A DNA stretch of 64,000 nt from an uncultured Clostridia bacterium (lineage in GTDB: Bacteria > Bacillota > Clostridia > TANB77 > CAG-508), in NCBI GenBank assembly GCA_944388045.1, contig CALXHG010000003.1:8912-72911 (forward strand), written 5' to 3'. Below are positions 13,030-22,856 of the stretch, piece by piece; within the stretch, counting starts at the first letter, position 1; every line of letters begins with the position of its first letter. Under the pieces are notes generated by a model. It saw only the letters and a program-made list of their open reading frames with translations, did no database searches and was not told the DNA's origin. The position numbers were made by a program, and so were the translations under genes.

Positions 13030-13651
13030 TAAATTTATAAATCGGAAGTCAAAGTTCGGATTTTAATCAAAAGATTAAAAACAAATTTTGACTTCTATTT
13101 TTAATAAAATAGTTAAATTATTTATAAATTATATATAATAATTAATTATTATAAAATATATTTTTAAAATATAAAAAAATATATATAAAATATAAAATTA
13201 CATTATTAATTCTTTTAAATCAAATTAGATAGAAAAATAAAATTTAAATAAAATTAAAATAACAACATGAAAAAAATAATATAAATATAAAATAAATAAA
13301 AAATAATTTAATAATAATATTATTATTTTTATTAATATTATAATAAAAAAATAATTAAAAATATTAAATAATTTGTTGAAAAAATAATATAAAATAATTT
13401 GTTAAATAAAATAAAAAATAATTTATTAAAAAAATAATATAAAATAATTTATAAAAAAATAATATAAATAATTAATTAAAATTTATTATATTAAAAATTA
13501 TAATAAAATAAAAAATTTATTTAAATAATTATATAAATAATAAATATTTTATTATATAATTTTATAAATAATTAAATAGAATTTAAACAAAAATATAATG
13601 AAATTTAAAATATATTTGAAAAATATGGAAAATAAAAAAGGAGGAACAAAA

Positions 13652-15022
13652 ATGAATACAATTGTAGGTGTATCTACAGCACCTGGGATAGGTGGTATCG
13701 GGATTATACGAATGAGTGGAGAAGATACTTTTAAAATTTTAGATAAAATTTTTGTACCAAAGCATAAACAAGAAATAAATGATATAAAAGGATACACAAT
13801 TAAATATGGAAATATAATAGAAAATAATGAAATAATTGATGAAGTATTAGTTTCTTATTTTAAATCACCTAAAAGTTATACAATGGAAAATATGTGTGAA
13901 ATAAATTCCCATGGAGGAAATTTAATTATAAAAAAGATTTTAGAAATTTGTTTAAAAAATGGAGCAGAAATGGCTGAACCAGGTGAATTTACAAAAAGAG
14001 CATTTCTTAATGGAAGAATTGATTTAGCCCAAGCAGAATCTGTTATTGATATAATAAATGCAAAATCTGATAGAGAAGCTAAAAGTGGGGTAAAACAATT
14101 AGAAGGATTTTTATCAAAAGAAATTAAAGAAATCAAACAAAATATTTTAGATGTACTTGTAAATATTGAAGTAACTATTGATTATCCAGAATATGATACA
14201 CCAGAAGTACAAAAAAAAGAAATAAAAGACATGCTTGAAAATATTGGAAAAAAATTAACTAAGCTAGAAAAATCATTTGATAATGGTAAAATCGTAAAAG
14301 ATGGTATTAAAACTGCTATTATAGGTAAACCAAATGCGGGAAAATCTTCATTATTAAATGCAATATTAAAAGAAGATAGAGCAATTGTAACAGACATTGC
14401 TGGAACAACTAGAGATACTATAGAAGAATATGTTACAATAAATGGAATAACATTAAAATTAATAGATACTGCAGGAATAAGACAATCAAATGACTCTGTG
14501 GAAAAAATAGGAATTGAAAAATCTATAGAACAAGCTAATGAAGCGGATTTGGTTATTGCTATATTTGATTGTTCTAAAGAATTAGATAAGGAAGATTTAG
14601 AAATTTTAAAATTAATAGAAAATAAAAAATCCATAATTTTGTTAAATAAAAGTGATTTGAAAAATGTTTTAAATAAAGAAAATGATTTATTAAAAAATAA
14701 ATCTAAAAATATTTTAAAAATTTCTGCGCTAAATAAAACAGGATTAGAAGAATTATATAATAAAATAACAGAAATGTTTCAATTAAATGAAATTAATTTA
14801 GATAATGAAGTATTAATTACTAACGTAAGGCATAAAAATATTATATCAAAAGCAATAGAAAGTGTTAAATTGGCAAATAAGGCGATTTTAGATAATATGC
14901 CTATAGATATCATATCTATTTATATAAAACAGATTTTAGACGATTTAGGAGAGATTACAGGAGAAGTTGTTACAGAAGATATTATTAATGAAATTTTTTC
15001 AAAATTCTGTTTAGGAAAATAA
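13652..15022 (+). CDS. mnmE: tRNA modification GTPase MnmE
   Basis: G-domain GKPNAGKSSLLNA, DTAGIR, NKSD, and the C-terminal CxGK tail (FCLGK). Start chosen at MNTIVGV with RBS AAAGGAGG. The track ORF starts upstream at 13598. Confidence 0.9.
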   Translation: MNTIVGVSTAPGIGGIGIIRMSGEDTFKILDKIFVPKHKQEINDIKGYTIKYGNIIENNEIIDEVLVSYFKSPKSYTMENMCEINSHGGNLIIKKILEICLKNGAEMAEPGEFTKRAFLNGRIDLAQAESVIDIINAKSDREAKSGVKQLEGFLSKEIKEIKQNILDVLVNIEVTIDYPEYDTPEVQKKEIKDMLENIGKKLTKLEKSFDNGKIVKDGIKTAIIGKPNAGKSSLLNAILKEDRAIVTDIAGTTRDTIEEYVTINGITLKLIDTAGIRQSNDSVEKIGIEKSIEQANEADLVIAIFDCSKELDKEDLEILKLIENKKSIILLNKSDLKNVLNKENDLLKNKSKNILKISALNKTGLEELYNKITEMFQLNEINLDNEVLITNVRHKNIISKAIESVKLANKAILDNMPIDIISIYIKQILDDLGEITGEVVTEDIINEIFSKFCLGK

Positions 15023-15041
15023 AGAAAAGAGGTAAAAATAA

Positions 15042-16913
15042 ATGAGTTATTATGCAGGAGAATATGATGTAGCAGTAATTGGAGCAGGACATGCAGGATG
15101 TGAAGCCGGTCTTGCAGCAGCAAGATTAGGAATGAAAACAGTTGTTTTTTCTATAAGCTTGGAGGCGGTTGCAAATATGCCTTGTAATCCACATATAGGT
15201 GGAAGTTCAAAAGGGCATTTAGTAAGAGAAATAGATGCTTTAGGTGGTGAAATGGCAAAAAATATTGACAAAACTATGATACAAATAAAGATGTTAAATA
15301 CTTCAAAAGGACCAGCAGTATATTCTTTAAGAGCCCAAGCTGATAGAAAAAGATATCAAATGGAAATGAAACATACATTAGAAAAACAAGAAAATTTAGA
15401 TTTAAAACAAGCAGAAATAGTTGACATAAAAATAGAAAATAATAAAATAAAATCAATTGAAACAGATGTTGGAGCAATATATAATGTAAAAACATTAATT
15501 GTTGCAAGTGGAACATATTTAAAAGGAAAAATTTTTATTGGAGAATTTTCTAGAGAAAGTGGACCAGATGGAGTATTTCCTGCAAATAAACTTTCTGAAG
15601 CTTTAAAAAGAAATGGAATTAATCTAATAAGATTTAAAACAGGAACACCAGCTAGAATTAATAAAAAAAGTATAGATTTTTCAAAAATGGAAATTCAAAA
15701 AGGGGAAGATAATATAATACCATTTTCTTTTGAAGATAAAATGCAAAAATTTGACCAAGTTGATTGTTATTTGACTTATACAACACAAGAAACACATAGA
15801 ATTATTAGAGAAAATCTACATAGATCACCATTGTTTGCAGGAGTTATTGAAGGAACAGGACCAAGATACTGCCCATCAATAGAAGATAAAGTTGTAAGAT
15901 TTGCTGATAAAGAAAGACATCAAGTTTTTGTTGAACCAATTGGATTAGATACAGATGAAATGTATATACAAGGTATGAGCTCATCTTTGCCAGAAGATGT
16001 GCAAATTGCAATGTATAGAACTCTACCGGGATTAGAACATTGTGAATTTACAAGACCAGCATATGCAATAGAATATGATTGCATAGATCCATCAGAATTA
16101 AAATTATCATTAGAATATAAAACAATTGAAGGCTTATTTTTTGCCGGACAAACTAATGGTACATCAGGATATGAAGAAGCAGCATGTCAAGGACTAATTG
16201 CAGGAATAAATGCTTCACAAAAAATAAAAGGTAAAGACCCCTTAATTTTAGATAGAACAGAAGCATATATTGGTGTATTAATAGATGATATTGTTACTAA
16301 AGGAACAAATGAACCATATAGAATGATGACATCAAGAGCTGAATATAGATTATTATTAAGACAAGATAATGCAGATTTAAGACTAACAGAAAAAGGGCAT
16401 GAAATTGGATTAATTTCTGATGAAAGATATGAAAAATTTCTTGAAAAAAAGAAAAAAATAGAAGAAGAAAAAGAAAGATTACAAAAAACAATTGTAAAAC
16501 CAACACAAGAAGTAAATAAATTTTTAAAAGAAGCTGGAACATCAGAATTAACAACAGGATGTAAATTAGCAGATTTATTAAAAAGAACAGAAATAACATA
16601 TGCTTCACTTGAAACAATAGATAAAGATAGACCACATTTGCCAGAACAAGTTAGAGAAGAAGTAGAAATTCAAGTAAAATATGATGGATATATAAAATTA
16701 CAAGAACAACAAGTAGAAAAATTTAAAAAAATGGAGAAAAAATTAATACCAGATAATATAAATTATGATGATGTTAAAGGAATTTGTTTAGAAGCAAGAC
16801 AAAAATTAAAAAAACATATGCCACATTCCATAGGACAGGCTTCAAGAATATCAGGAGTTTCACCAGCAGATATTTCTGTATTATTAGTATATTTACAAAC
16901 CAAAAAACATTAA
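15042..16913 (+). CDS. mnmG: tRNA uridine 5-carboxymethylaminomethyl modification enzyme MnmG (GidA)
   Basis: 623 aa. FAD-binding N-terminus [15 protein letters not shown]. Confidence 0.95.
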   Translation: MSYYAGEYDVAVIGAGHAGCEAGLAAARLGMKTVVFSISLEAVANMPCNPHIGGSSKGHLVREIDALGGEMAKNIDKTMIQIKMLNTSKGPAVYSLRAQADRKRYQMEMKHTLEKQENLDLKQAEIVDIKIENNKIKSIETDVGAIYNVKTLIVASGTYLKGKIFIGEFSRESGPDGVFPANKLSEALKRNGINLIRFKTGTPARINKKSIDFSKMEIQKGEDNIIPFSFEDKMQKFDQVDCYLTYTTQETHRIIRENLHRSPLFAGVIEGTGPRYCPSIEDKVVRFADKERHQVFVEPIGLDTDEMYIQGMSSSLPEDVQIAMYRTLPGLEHCEFTRPAYAIEYDCIDPSELKLSLEYKTIEGLFFAGQTNGTSGYEEAACQGLIAGINASQKIKGKDPLILDRTEAYIGVLIDDIVTKGTNEPYRMMTSRAEYRLLLRQDNADLRLTEKGHEIGLISDERYEKFLEKKKKIEEEKERLQKTIVKPTQEVNKFLKEAGTSELTTGCKLADLLKRTEITYASLETIDKDRPHLPEQVREEVEIQVKYDGYIKLQEQQVEKFKKMEKKLIPDNINYDDVKGICLEARQKLKKHMPHSIGQASRISGVSPADISVLLVYLQTKKH

Positions 16914-16985
16914 AGCTTAGATACTAATTTTGAAATCAATTAATAATATAAATAAATTATTATAAAAAGGAGATAAAAAATAAAT

Positions 16986-17708
16986 ATGGAAGAAAAAGAA
17001 TTTTTTAATCAAATACAAGAAAAAGGAGAGGTTTTAAATATTTTTTTTTCCGTGGAGCAAAAAACAAAATTTTACAAATATATGCAATTGTTACTTGAAT
17101 GGAACAATAAGATAAACCTTACAGCAATAACGATTCCGGAAGAAATAATTTTAAAACATTTTATAGATTCTTTAACAATTTACAAAAAATTAACCCGTGG
17201 AGCAAAAATAATTGATGTGGGAACAGGAGCAGGTTTTCCTGGAATTCCATTAGCAATTATTGATGAAAATTTAAAAATAACACTTAATGATTCATTAAAT
17301 AAACGATTAATATTTTTAACAGAAGTAAAAAACCAATTAAAAATAGATAATATAGAAATAATTCATTCTAGAGCAGAAGAAATTGGACAGAAAAAAAATT
17401 ATAGGGAAAAATTTGATTATGCAACATCAAGAGCTGTTGCAAATTTATCTACATTATCAGAATATCTTTTACCATTAGTAAAAGTAAATGGTAAATGTAT
17501 TTGTATGAAAGCATCAAATATTGAGGAAGAATTAAATCAAGCTCAAAATGCAATAAAGGTATTGGGAGGAGAAGTAACAGATATTGAAAAATTCAAATTA
17601 CCACAAAGTGATATAGATAGAACAATAATAACAATAACAAAAACAAAAAATACTCCAAATAAATATCCAAGAAAAGCAGGAACACCAAGTAAAGATCCTA
17701 TAAAGTAA
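16986..17708 (+). CDS. rsmG: 16S rRNA (guanine527-N7)-methyltransferase RsmG
   Basis: 240 aa. SAM-binding DVGTGAGFPGIPLAI. Confidence 0.9.
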   Translation: MEEKEFFNQIQEKGEVLNIFFSVEQKTKFYKYMQLLLEWNNKINLTAITIPEEIILKHFIDSLTIYKKLTRGAKIIDVGTGAGFPGIPLAIIDENLKITLNDSLNKRLIFLTEVKNQLKIDNIEIIHSRAEEIGQKKNYREKFDYATSRAVANLSTLSEYLLPLVKVNGKCICMKASNIEEELNQAQNAIKVLGGEVTDIEKFKLPQSDIDRTIITITKTKNTPNKYPRKAGTPSKDPIK

Positions 17709-17760
17709 AAAATGCTCCACATATATTGTGGGGTATTTTCTTATATAAAACACTAAAAAA

Positions 17761-17996
17761 TTAGTTCCAGTTCAGTAGGAAATTTTGATATATTAATAAT
17801 TGCATAAATTTTTTGATTCAATACGGAAATATAAGAATTTCTAAAATAATTTTATGGCACCCTTTCACTTAGTCCTTGCTGGCGCTCGACGCGAACATTT
17901 TCCATAAAATTAATTTAAGAAATTCTAAATTTCCTCCAATCGTATTCAAAATTTATTTATTATTAATATATCAAAATTTCCTACTGAACTGGAACA
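17761..17996. repeat. long palindromic element: perfect 36-bp terminal inverted repeats around an imperfectly palindromic arm and a unique GC-rich core
   Basis: Left arm ttagttccagttcagtaggaaattttgatatattaataa (17761-17799). Its exact reverse complement ttattaatatatcaaaatttcctactgaactggaac is at 17961-17996. Inner sequence also pairs (ccataaaat/attttatgg, ggaaat/atttcc). Central core is about 45 nt: caccctttcacttagtccttgctggcgctcgacgcgaac. Confidence 0.6.
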
Positions 17997-18114
17997 AAAA
18001 TTAAATATTTTTTCTTAAAAATATAAAAAAAACATTGACTTATTCTTAAAATTTTTATATCATTATTATGCAAAAGAAAAAAATAAAATAGTGCAAGAAA
18101 GAAGGGAATAAAAA

Positions 18115-18873
18115 ATGGGAAAAATAATATCTGTAGCCAATCAAAAAGGGGGAGTTGGAAAAACAACAACAACAGTAAATTTAAGTACTATTTTAGCAAA
18201 AAGAGGCAAAAATATTTTATTAATAGATGCTGATCCACAAGGAAATGCAACAAGTGGATTAGGAGTTACAAAAGAAGTTGAACTTTCATTTTATGATGTT
18301 TTAATTGGAGAAACTGAAATTGAAGAAACATTGCAAGATACTATAATAAAAAATTTTAAAATATGTCCATCAAACATTAGTTTGGCTGGAGCAGAAGTGC
18401 AACTTGTACCAATGATGTCTAGAGAGCAGAGACTTAAAACTAAATTAGATAAAGTAAAAGATAAATATGACTATATTTTAATAGATTGTCCACCATCACT
18501 AGGACTAATTACATTAAATGCATTTACTGCATCAGACAGTGTATTAATTCCAATACAGTGCGAATATTTTGCATTAGAGGGATTAGGACAATTGTTAAAT
18601 ACTGTAAATTTAGTAAAAAAGCATCTAAACAAAAACCTTGACATTGAAGGAGCATTACTTACAATGTATGATGCTAGAACAAATCTTTCAAATCAAGTAG
18701 TAAAAGAGGTAAAAAAATATTTTGAAAATAAAGTATATAAAACAGTAATTCCTAGAAATGTAAGGCTAAGTGAAGCTCCAAGTTATGGAATGCCAATAAC
18801 AGTTTATGATCCTAAATCAAAAGGTGCAAAAGCATACGAAAAATTTGCAAAAGAATTATTAAAAAATAATTAA
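18115..18873 (+). CDS. soj: chromosome partitioning ATPase ParA/Soj
   Basis: 252 aa. Deviant Walker A KGGVGKTTT. Confidence 0.9.
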   Translation: MGKIISVANQKGGVGKTTTTVNLSTILAKRGKNILLIDADPQGNATSGLGVTKEVELSFYDVLIGETEIEETLQDTIIKNFKICPSNISLAGAEVQLVPMMSREQRLKTKLDKVKDKYDYILIDCPPSLGLITLNAFTASDSVLIPIQCEYFALEGLGQLLNTVNLVKKHLNKNLDIEGALLTMYDARTNLSNQVVKEVKKYFENKVYKTVIPRNVRLSEAPSYGMPITVYDPKSKGAKAYEKFAKELLKNN

Positions 18874-18919
18874 AATATAAGAGAAAAATGAGTAATAAAA
18901 ACAAAAAGGAGGCAATAAT

Positions 18920-19798
18920 ATGGCAAAACCAAAAATGACAGGCTTAGGAAAAGGATTAGATGCTCTTTTTGGAGGACCAACTATTAATAAAGAAGAGGAA
19001 ATAGATTTTAATGAAGAAGAAATTAGAGATGATGACAATTTAAGAAACTTAAAGATGACAGAAGTTGAACCTAATAGAGATCAACCAAGAAAACAATTTA
19101 ATCAAGAATCATTAGAAGAATTAGCAAATTCAATAAAAGAATATGGTGTAATACAACCAATAGTTGTAACAAAAAAAGATGGATATTATGGTATAGTTGC
19201 TGGAGAAAGAAGATGGAGAGCTGCAAAATTAGCAGGATTAGAAGAAATACCAGCAATTATTAGAGATGATGACGAACAAAAAAATAGAGAAATAGCACTT
19301 ATAGAAAATATACAAAGAGAAGATTTAAATCCATATGAAAAAGCATTAGGAATAAGAAGCTTAATGGATAAATATGGATTAACACAAGAAGAAGTATCAA
19401 AAAGACTTGGAAAAAGTAGAAGTTCAGTTTCAAATACAGTAAGAATACTAAATTTATCACCAGATGTATTAGAATTTGTAAAACAGGGAAAACTAACAGA
19501 AGGACATTGTAAAGCACTAGCAGCAATAATTGATCCAAAAAAACAATATCAAGCAGCAGTAAGGATGATAGAAAGGGGAGAATCTGTTAGACAAGCAGAA
19601 CAAAAACATTTAAGGGTAAAAAAAGAAAAATTTTTAGACCCTAAATATAAAATGTTATATAATGACATAGAAGATAGATTTCAAGTATTTTTTGGAACAA
19701 AAGTAAAACTAGACCAAGGAAAAAGAAAAGGAAAAATAATAATAGAATATGATGGAAATGCAGATTTAGAAAGAATATTAGGACTAATTAATAAATAA
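18920..19798 (+). CDS. spo0J: chromosome partitioning protein ParB/Spo0J
   Basis: 292 aa. ParB box GERRWRAA and helix-turn-helix. Confidence 0.9.
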   Translation: MAKPKMTGLGKGLDALFGGPTINKEEEIDFNEEEIRDDDNLRNLKMTEVEPNRDQPRKQFNQESLEELANSIKEYGVIQPIVVTKKDGYYGIVAGERRWRAAKLAGLEEIPAIIRDDDEQKNREIALIENIQREDLNPYEKALGIRSLMDKYGLTQEEVSKRLGKSRSSVSNTVRILNLSPDVLEFVKQGKLTEGHCKALAAIIDPKKQYQAAVRMIERGESVRQAEQKHLRVKKEKFLDPKYKMLYNDIEDRFQVFFGTKVKLDQGKRKGKIIIEYDGNADLERILGLINK

Positions 19799-19802
19799 TA
19801 AA

Positions 19803-19840
19803 TTACAGTTCACTATTTTTGTGAACTGTAATAAAAATAT
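19803..19840 (+). terminator. rho-independent terminator after parB
   Basis: ttacagttcac tattttt gtgaactgtaa followed by A/T-rich sequence. Confidence 0.6.
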
Positions 19841-20014
19841 TTTTATATATTAGTGATATGTAGACAAAAATAAGATACAAATAAAATAAAAAAGTTAAGA
19901 GTAGTAAATAAAATTCTTTAGCTGTAAATTAAAAAAAATATTAAAAATACTATTGACAAAGAGTTAACTCTATGTTAATATAAATACTGTTTACTGTGAA
20001 AGTTAAGACAAAAT

Positions 20015-20106
<92 letters not shown>

Positions 20107-20272
20107 AACAAAACATAGAGTTAGATATAATATGAAGATATAAGATATCTAACTTTTATTTATATAAGATATTTAAACTGTATATAATATTGTATTATAT
20201 AATTAAAACTATATAAATAATAGTTAGAAATATTAGAAATATTAGAAATAATATTAAAATAATATAAAAAAT

Positions 20273-20363
20273 GTAGGTGTACCCAAGTGGTGAAGGGGGC
20301 AGTTTGCTAAACTGCTAGGTCATGTAAGTGGCGCGGAGGTTCGAACCCTCTCACCTACGCCAA
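20273..20363 (+). tRNA. tRNA-Ser (anticodon GCT)
   Basis: Acceptor GTAGGTG/CACCTAC with encoded CCA. Anticodon stem-loop GCAGT-TTGCTAA-ACTGC. Long variable arm. GGTTCGAACCC T-arm. Confidence 0.8.
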
Positions 20364-20508
20364 AAAATGATATAAAGTAAATTTTTACTTTATATTTTTT
20401 TTACTGAAAATAAAGAATCAACTTTTTACATGACATGGAAAAGACAAATTAGCATAAAATATAATCAATAAAAAATATATTTAAGTGTTGTTATAGAATA
20501 GCTAAACT

Positions 20509-20536
20509 TGAAATATATAGAAATATATAGTATAAT
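20509..20536 (+). promoter_or_regulatory. sigma-70-type promoter (TTGAAA, 16 nt, TATAAT) for the small hydrophobic peptide gene
   Basis: -35 at 20509-20514 and -10 at 20531-20536, read directly. Confidence 0.5.
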
Positions 20537-20591
20537 ATAAATATAAGTACAAAGAATGTACTCGTTTGAAAGTGAAAAAAGGAGAGAGAGT

Positions 20592-20753
20592 ATGTGGAAA
20601 CTGTTCTTGATTTTGTTGGCATTAGCATGCCTGATTCCTTTTCTGTCACCGCTATTCTTAGCGCTAGCACTGCTTGTGCTTATTGAATGGATAGGCATTT
20701 TGCCTGTAGTCGTACTAGGATTTTGCCTGTGGCTATTCGTAAAGGAACGGTGA
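20592..20753 (+). CDS. small two-TM hydrophobic peptide (about 54 aa) with atypically GC-rich codons
   Basis: MWKLFLILLALACLIPFLSPLFLALALLVLIEWIGILPVVVLGFCLWLFVKER. RBS AGGAGAG 5 nt upstream of the ATG. Uses ctg/gcg/gcc/gtc codons unlike the surrounding genes. The track ORF 20556..20753 starts further upstream. Confidence 0.4.
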   Translation: MWKLFLILLALACLIPFLSPLFLALALLVLIEWIGILPVVVLGFCLWLFVKER

Positions 20754-21072
20754 TAAATGTGCTAAAAGGAGGAGGGGTTGGTGATTAATTAAAATCCAGC
20801 CCTATTCTCTTTTTTGTTATATTTATAATTTAATGGATATTGAAGATTATATAGGAAAGAATTTTAATAATAATAAATACTTGAATAAATACAAATTGCA
20901 TAATGAATAACAAAAATAAACAATAAAATTAAAAAAATAGTTGAAAAAGTAAGTAAAAAAGCAAAAAATTAAGAAAAAAATAAGAAATTTGTAAAAAAAG
21001 TATTGCAATTAAAAAAAAAATAATTTATAATTAAATTGATAAGTTAAGATTGTTGTGGTTAGGAGGGAATAT

Positions 21073-21516
21073 ATGAAAAAGTATTTATGTAAGATATTAA
21101 TAGTTTTTACTTTTTTTGTATGTATAATAAATAGTTTTCCTAATCAAGTAAAGGCAATTGATAAATATATTATAAATTCTAGTATTAAAATTTCAGTTGC
21201 AATAGCTGCAACTGGAGGAGGAAGAGGCTCTACAAGTTCAGGCAATTCTGGAAAAATTGATACAGGTAGTTATAAACCAGAAATAACCAATAATACTAAA
21301 GCTAATTCTATGATTGGTAAGATTTTTGGAGCTTTACAGATAATTGGAATGATTGCAATAGTACTATCAATTGCGTTAGTTGGATTTAATACAATGCTAG
21401 GTTCAGCAGAAGAAAAAGCACAGGGAAAAGGAAAAGCGATAGGCATATTATTTGGAGCCATTATGATAACAGCTGTTTCAACAATTGCTAAATTAATAAT
21501 TTCTGCTGTTGAATAA
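21073..21516 (+). CDS. VirB2/TrbC-like pilin-like protein, paralog 1 (signal peptide plus two hydrophobic helices)
   Basis: RBS AGGAGGG. Signal-like N-terminus ending VKA. Mature part IGMIAIVLSIALVGFNTMLGSAEEKAQGKGKAIGILFGAIMITAVSTIAKLI. Sits in a T4SS-like cluster. Confidence 0.5.
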   Translation: MKKYLCKILIVFTFFVCIINSFPNQVKAIDKYIINSSIKISVAIAATGGGRGSTSSGNSGKIDTGSYKPEITNNTKANSMIGKIFGALQIIGMIAIVLSIALVGFNTMLGSAEEKAQGKGKAIGILFGAIMITAVSTIAKLIISAVE

Positions 21517-21530
21517 AAGGGGTGAATGGT

Positions 21531-21953
21531 ATGAAAGAGATACAAGTTTTAAAAGTTTCGAAAAAAAACATAATTGTTTTTTTCATATTTTTAATCTTTA
21601 TGTATATAATGCAACCAGCGATTGTATTAGGGGCTAATGGTGGAGAAGATACATTGGATGATATTATACAAAGTGGAAATGATTTTTTAAATGCAGCAGA
21701 TGATTCTATGAACACTATAGATGAAGGAGATTTACAAGGTTTATCTAAATTTATATCAGGAGTTTTACTTTCCATAGCAATTGGTGTTACAGTTATATCA
21801 GGAGTTGTGTTAGGAATAAAATTTGTAACACAAAGCATTGAAGATAAAGCAAAAATAAAGGAAGCAATGGTACCATGGATAATTGGAATAATGGTTTCTT
21901 TTGGAGCATTTACTATTTGGGAGATTACAATCAAATTCTTCCAAAACATGTAA
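21531..21953 (+). CDS. VirB2/TrbC-like pilin-like protein, paralog 2
   Basis: Signal peptide then LLSIAIGVTVISGVVLGIKFVTQSIEDKAKIKEAMVPWIIGIMVSFGAF. Same helix-(S/A)xEDKAK-helix motif as paralogs 1 and 3. Confidence 0.45.
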   Translation: MKEIQVLKVSKKNIIVFFIFLIFMYIMQPAIVLGANGGEDTLDDIIQSGNDFLNAADDSMNTIDEGDLQGLSKFISGVLLSIAIGVTVISGVVLGIKFVTQSIEDKAKIKEAMVPWIIGIMVSFGAFTIWEITIKFFQNM

Positions 21954-22010
21954 TTAAATTGTTTATAAAATTTTATAATATAATATAAAAAATAAAAAGG
22001 AGGAGATTAT

Positions 22011-22373
22011 ATGACAAAATACTTAAAAGTATTTGCAATAATAGCAATGGCTTTAATTATGATTTTTACAGTATCTAATATAGCTTTTGCAGATTCTGCA
22101 CAAGATATTATTACTGGAATAGAGGGAGATACACAAGGAATTGATGCATCTGGAATGAAAAGTATAGCTAGTAGAGTTTTAGGATTATTACAAATTTTAT
22201 CAGCTATTTTAGCAGTTATTTTAATTGCATATTTAGGTTTTAAAATGCTATTAGGATCAGCTAATGAAAAAGCAGATGTTCAAAAACAATTTATCCCATT
22301 AATTATTGGTGTAGTAATTGTATTTGCTGCAACAAGTATTGCTAAATTATTACTTGGAATTATGGGGGTATAA
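22011..22373 (+). CDS. VirB2/TrbC-like pilin-like protein, paralog 3
   Basis: RBS AAAGGAGGAG. Signal peptide ending AFA. LQILSAILAVILIAYLGFKMLLGSANEKADVQKQFIPLIIGVVIVFAATSIAKLLLG. Confidence 0.5.
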   Translation: MTKYLKVFAIIAMALIMIFTVSNIAFADSAQDIITGIEGDTQGIDASGMKSIASRVLGLLQILSAILAVILIAYLGFKMLLGSANEKADVQKQFIPLIIGVVIVFAATSIAKLLLGIMGV

Positions 22374-22490
22374 AAAAGTAAAAAACAAGACATTTTATGA
22401 TAAATTTTATCATAAAATGTTTTCTTTTTTGTTCTTTTATGTTATAATAAAATAGAATAAATATTTTTATAACGAAAGAGAGGAAAAAAT

Positions 22491-22856
22491 ATGGCAAGAT
22501 ATGCATATACAATACCTAGAAATACAAAAGGAGAAGGTAGAATATTATTAATATTTACAAAGAAATCTTTTTTATGGACAATTGCTAGTTCTGCAGTAGG
22601 TCTTTTTGTTGGATATTTACCTATTGGAATGATTCTACAACATCCATTTATAGGAATAGCAGTTACACTTGTATTTGGATTAATTGGATTTTTAATAGCA
22701 ACATTAAAAGTACCTAATTCAACCAATTTTGAGATATTTAGAAAAACTGGAGGAGAAAATATAGATGAAATATTAATGAGAGCTATTAAATTTAAAAAAC
22801 AAGGAAAGAAAATATATTTATATCATTACAACAAAGGAGGAGATGATAATGAGTAA
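22491..22856 (+). CDS. VirB3/PrgI/Orf17-like small two-TM protein
   Basis: 121 aa. Central TM hairpin FLWTIASSAVGLFVGYLPIGMILQHPFIGIAVTLVFGLIGFLIATL. Lies immediately upstream of the VirB4-region genes, as in Gram-positive T4SS. Confidence 0.45.
   Translation: MARYAYTIPRNTKGEGRILLIFTKKSFLWTIASSAVGLFVGYLPIGMILQHPFIGIAVTLVFGLIGFLIATLKVPNSTNFEIFRKTGGENIDEILMRAIKFKKQGKKIYLYHYNKGGDDNE

Noticed and set aside
17700-18115. Looked for parS (TGTTNCACGTGAAACA) near parAB and the palindromic element
   Set aside because: No match in the window. The only CACGTG (about 3704) is in the gyrB-downstream noncoding region, not parS-like.
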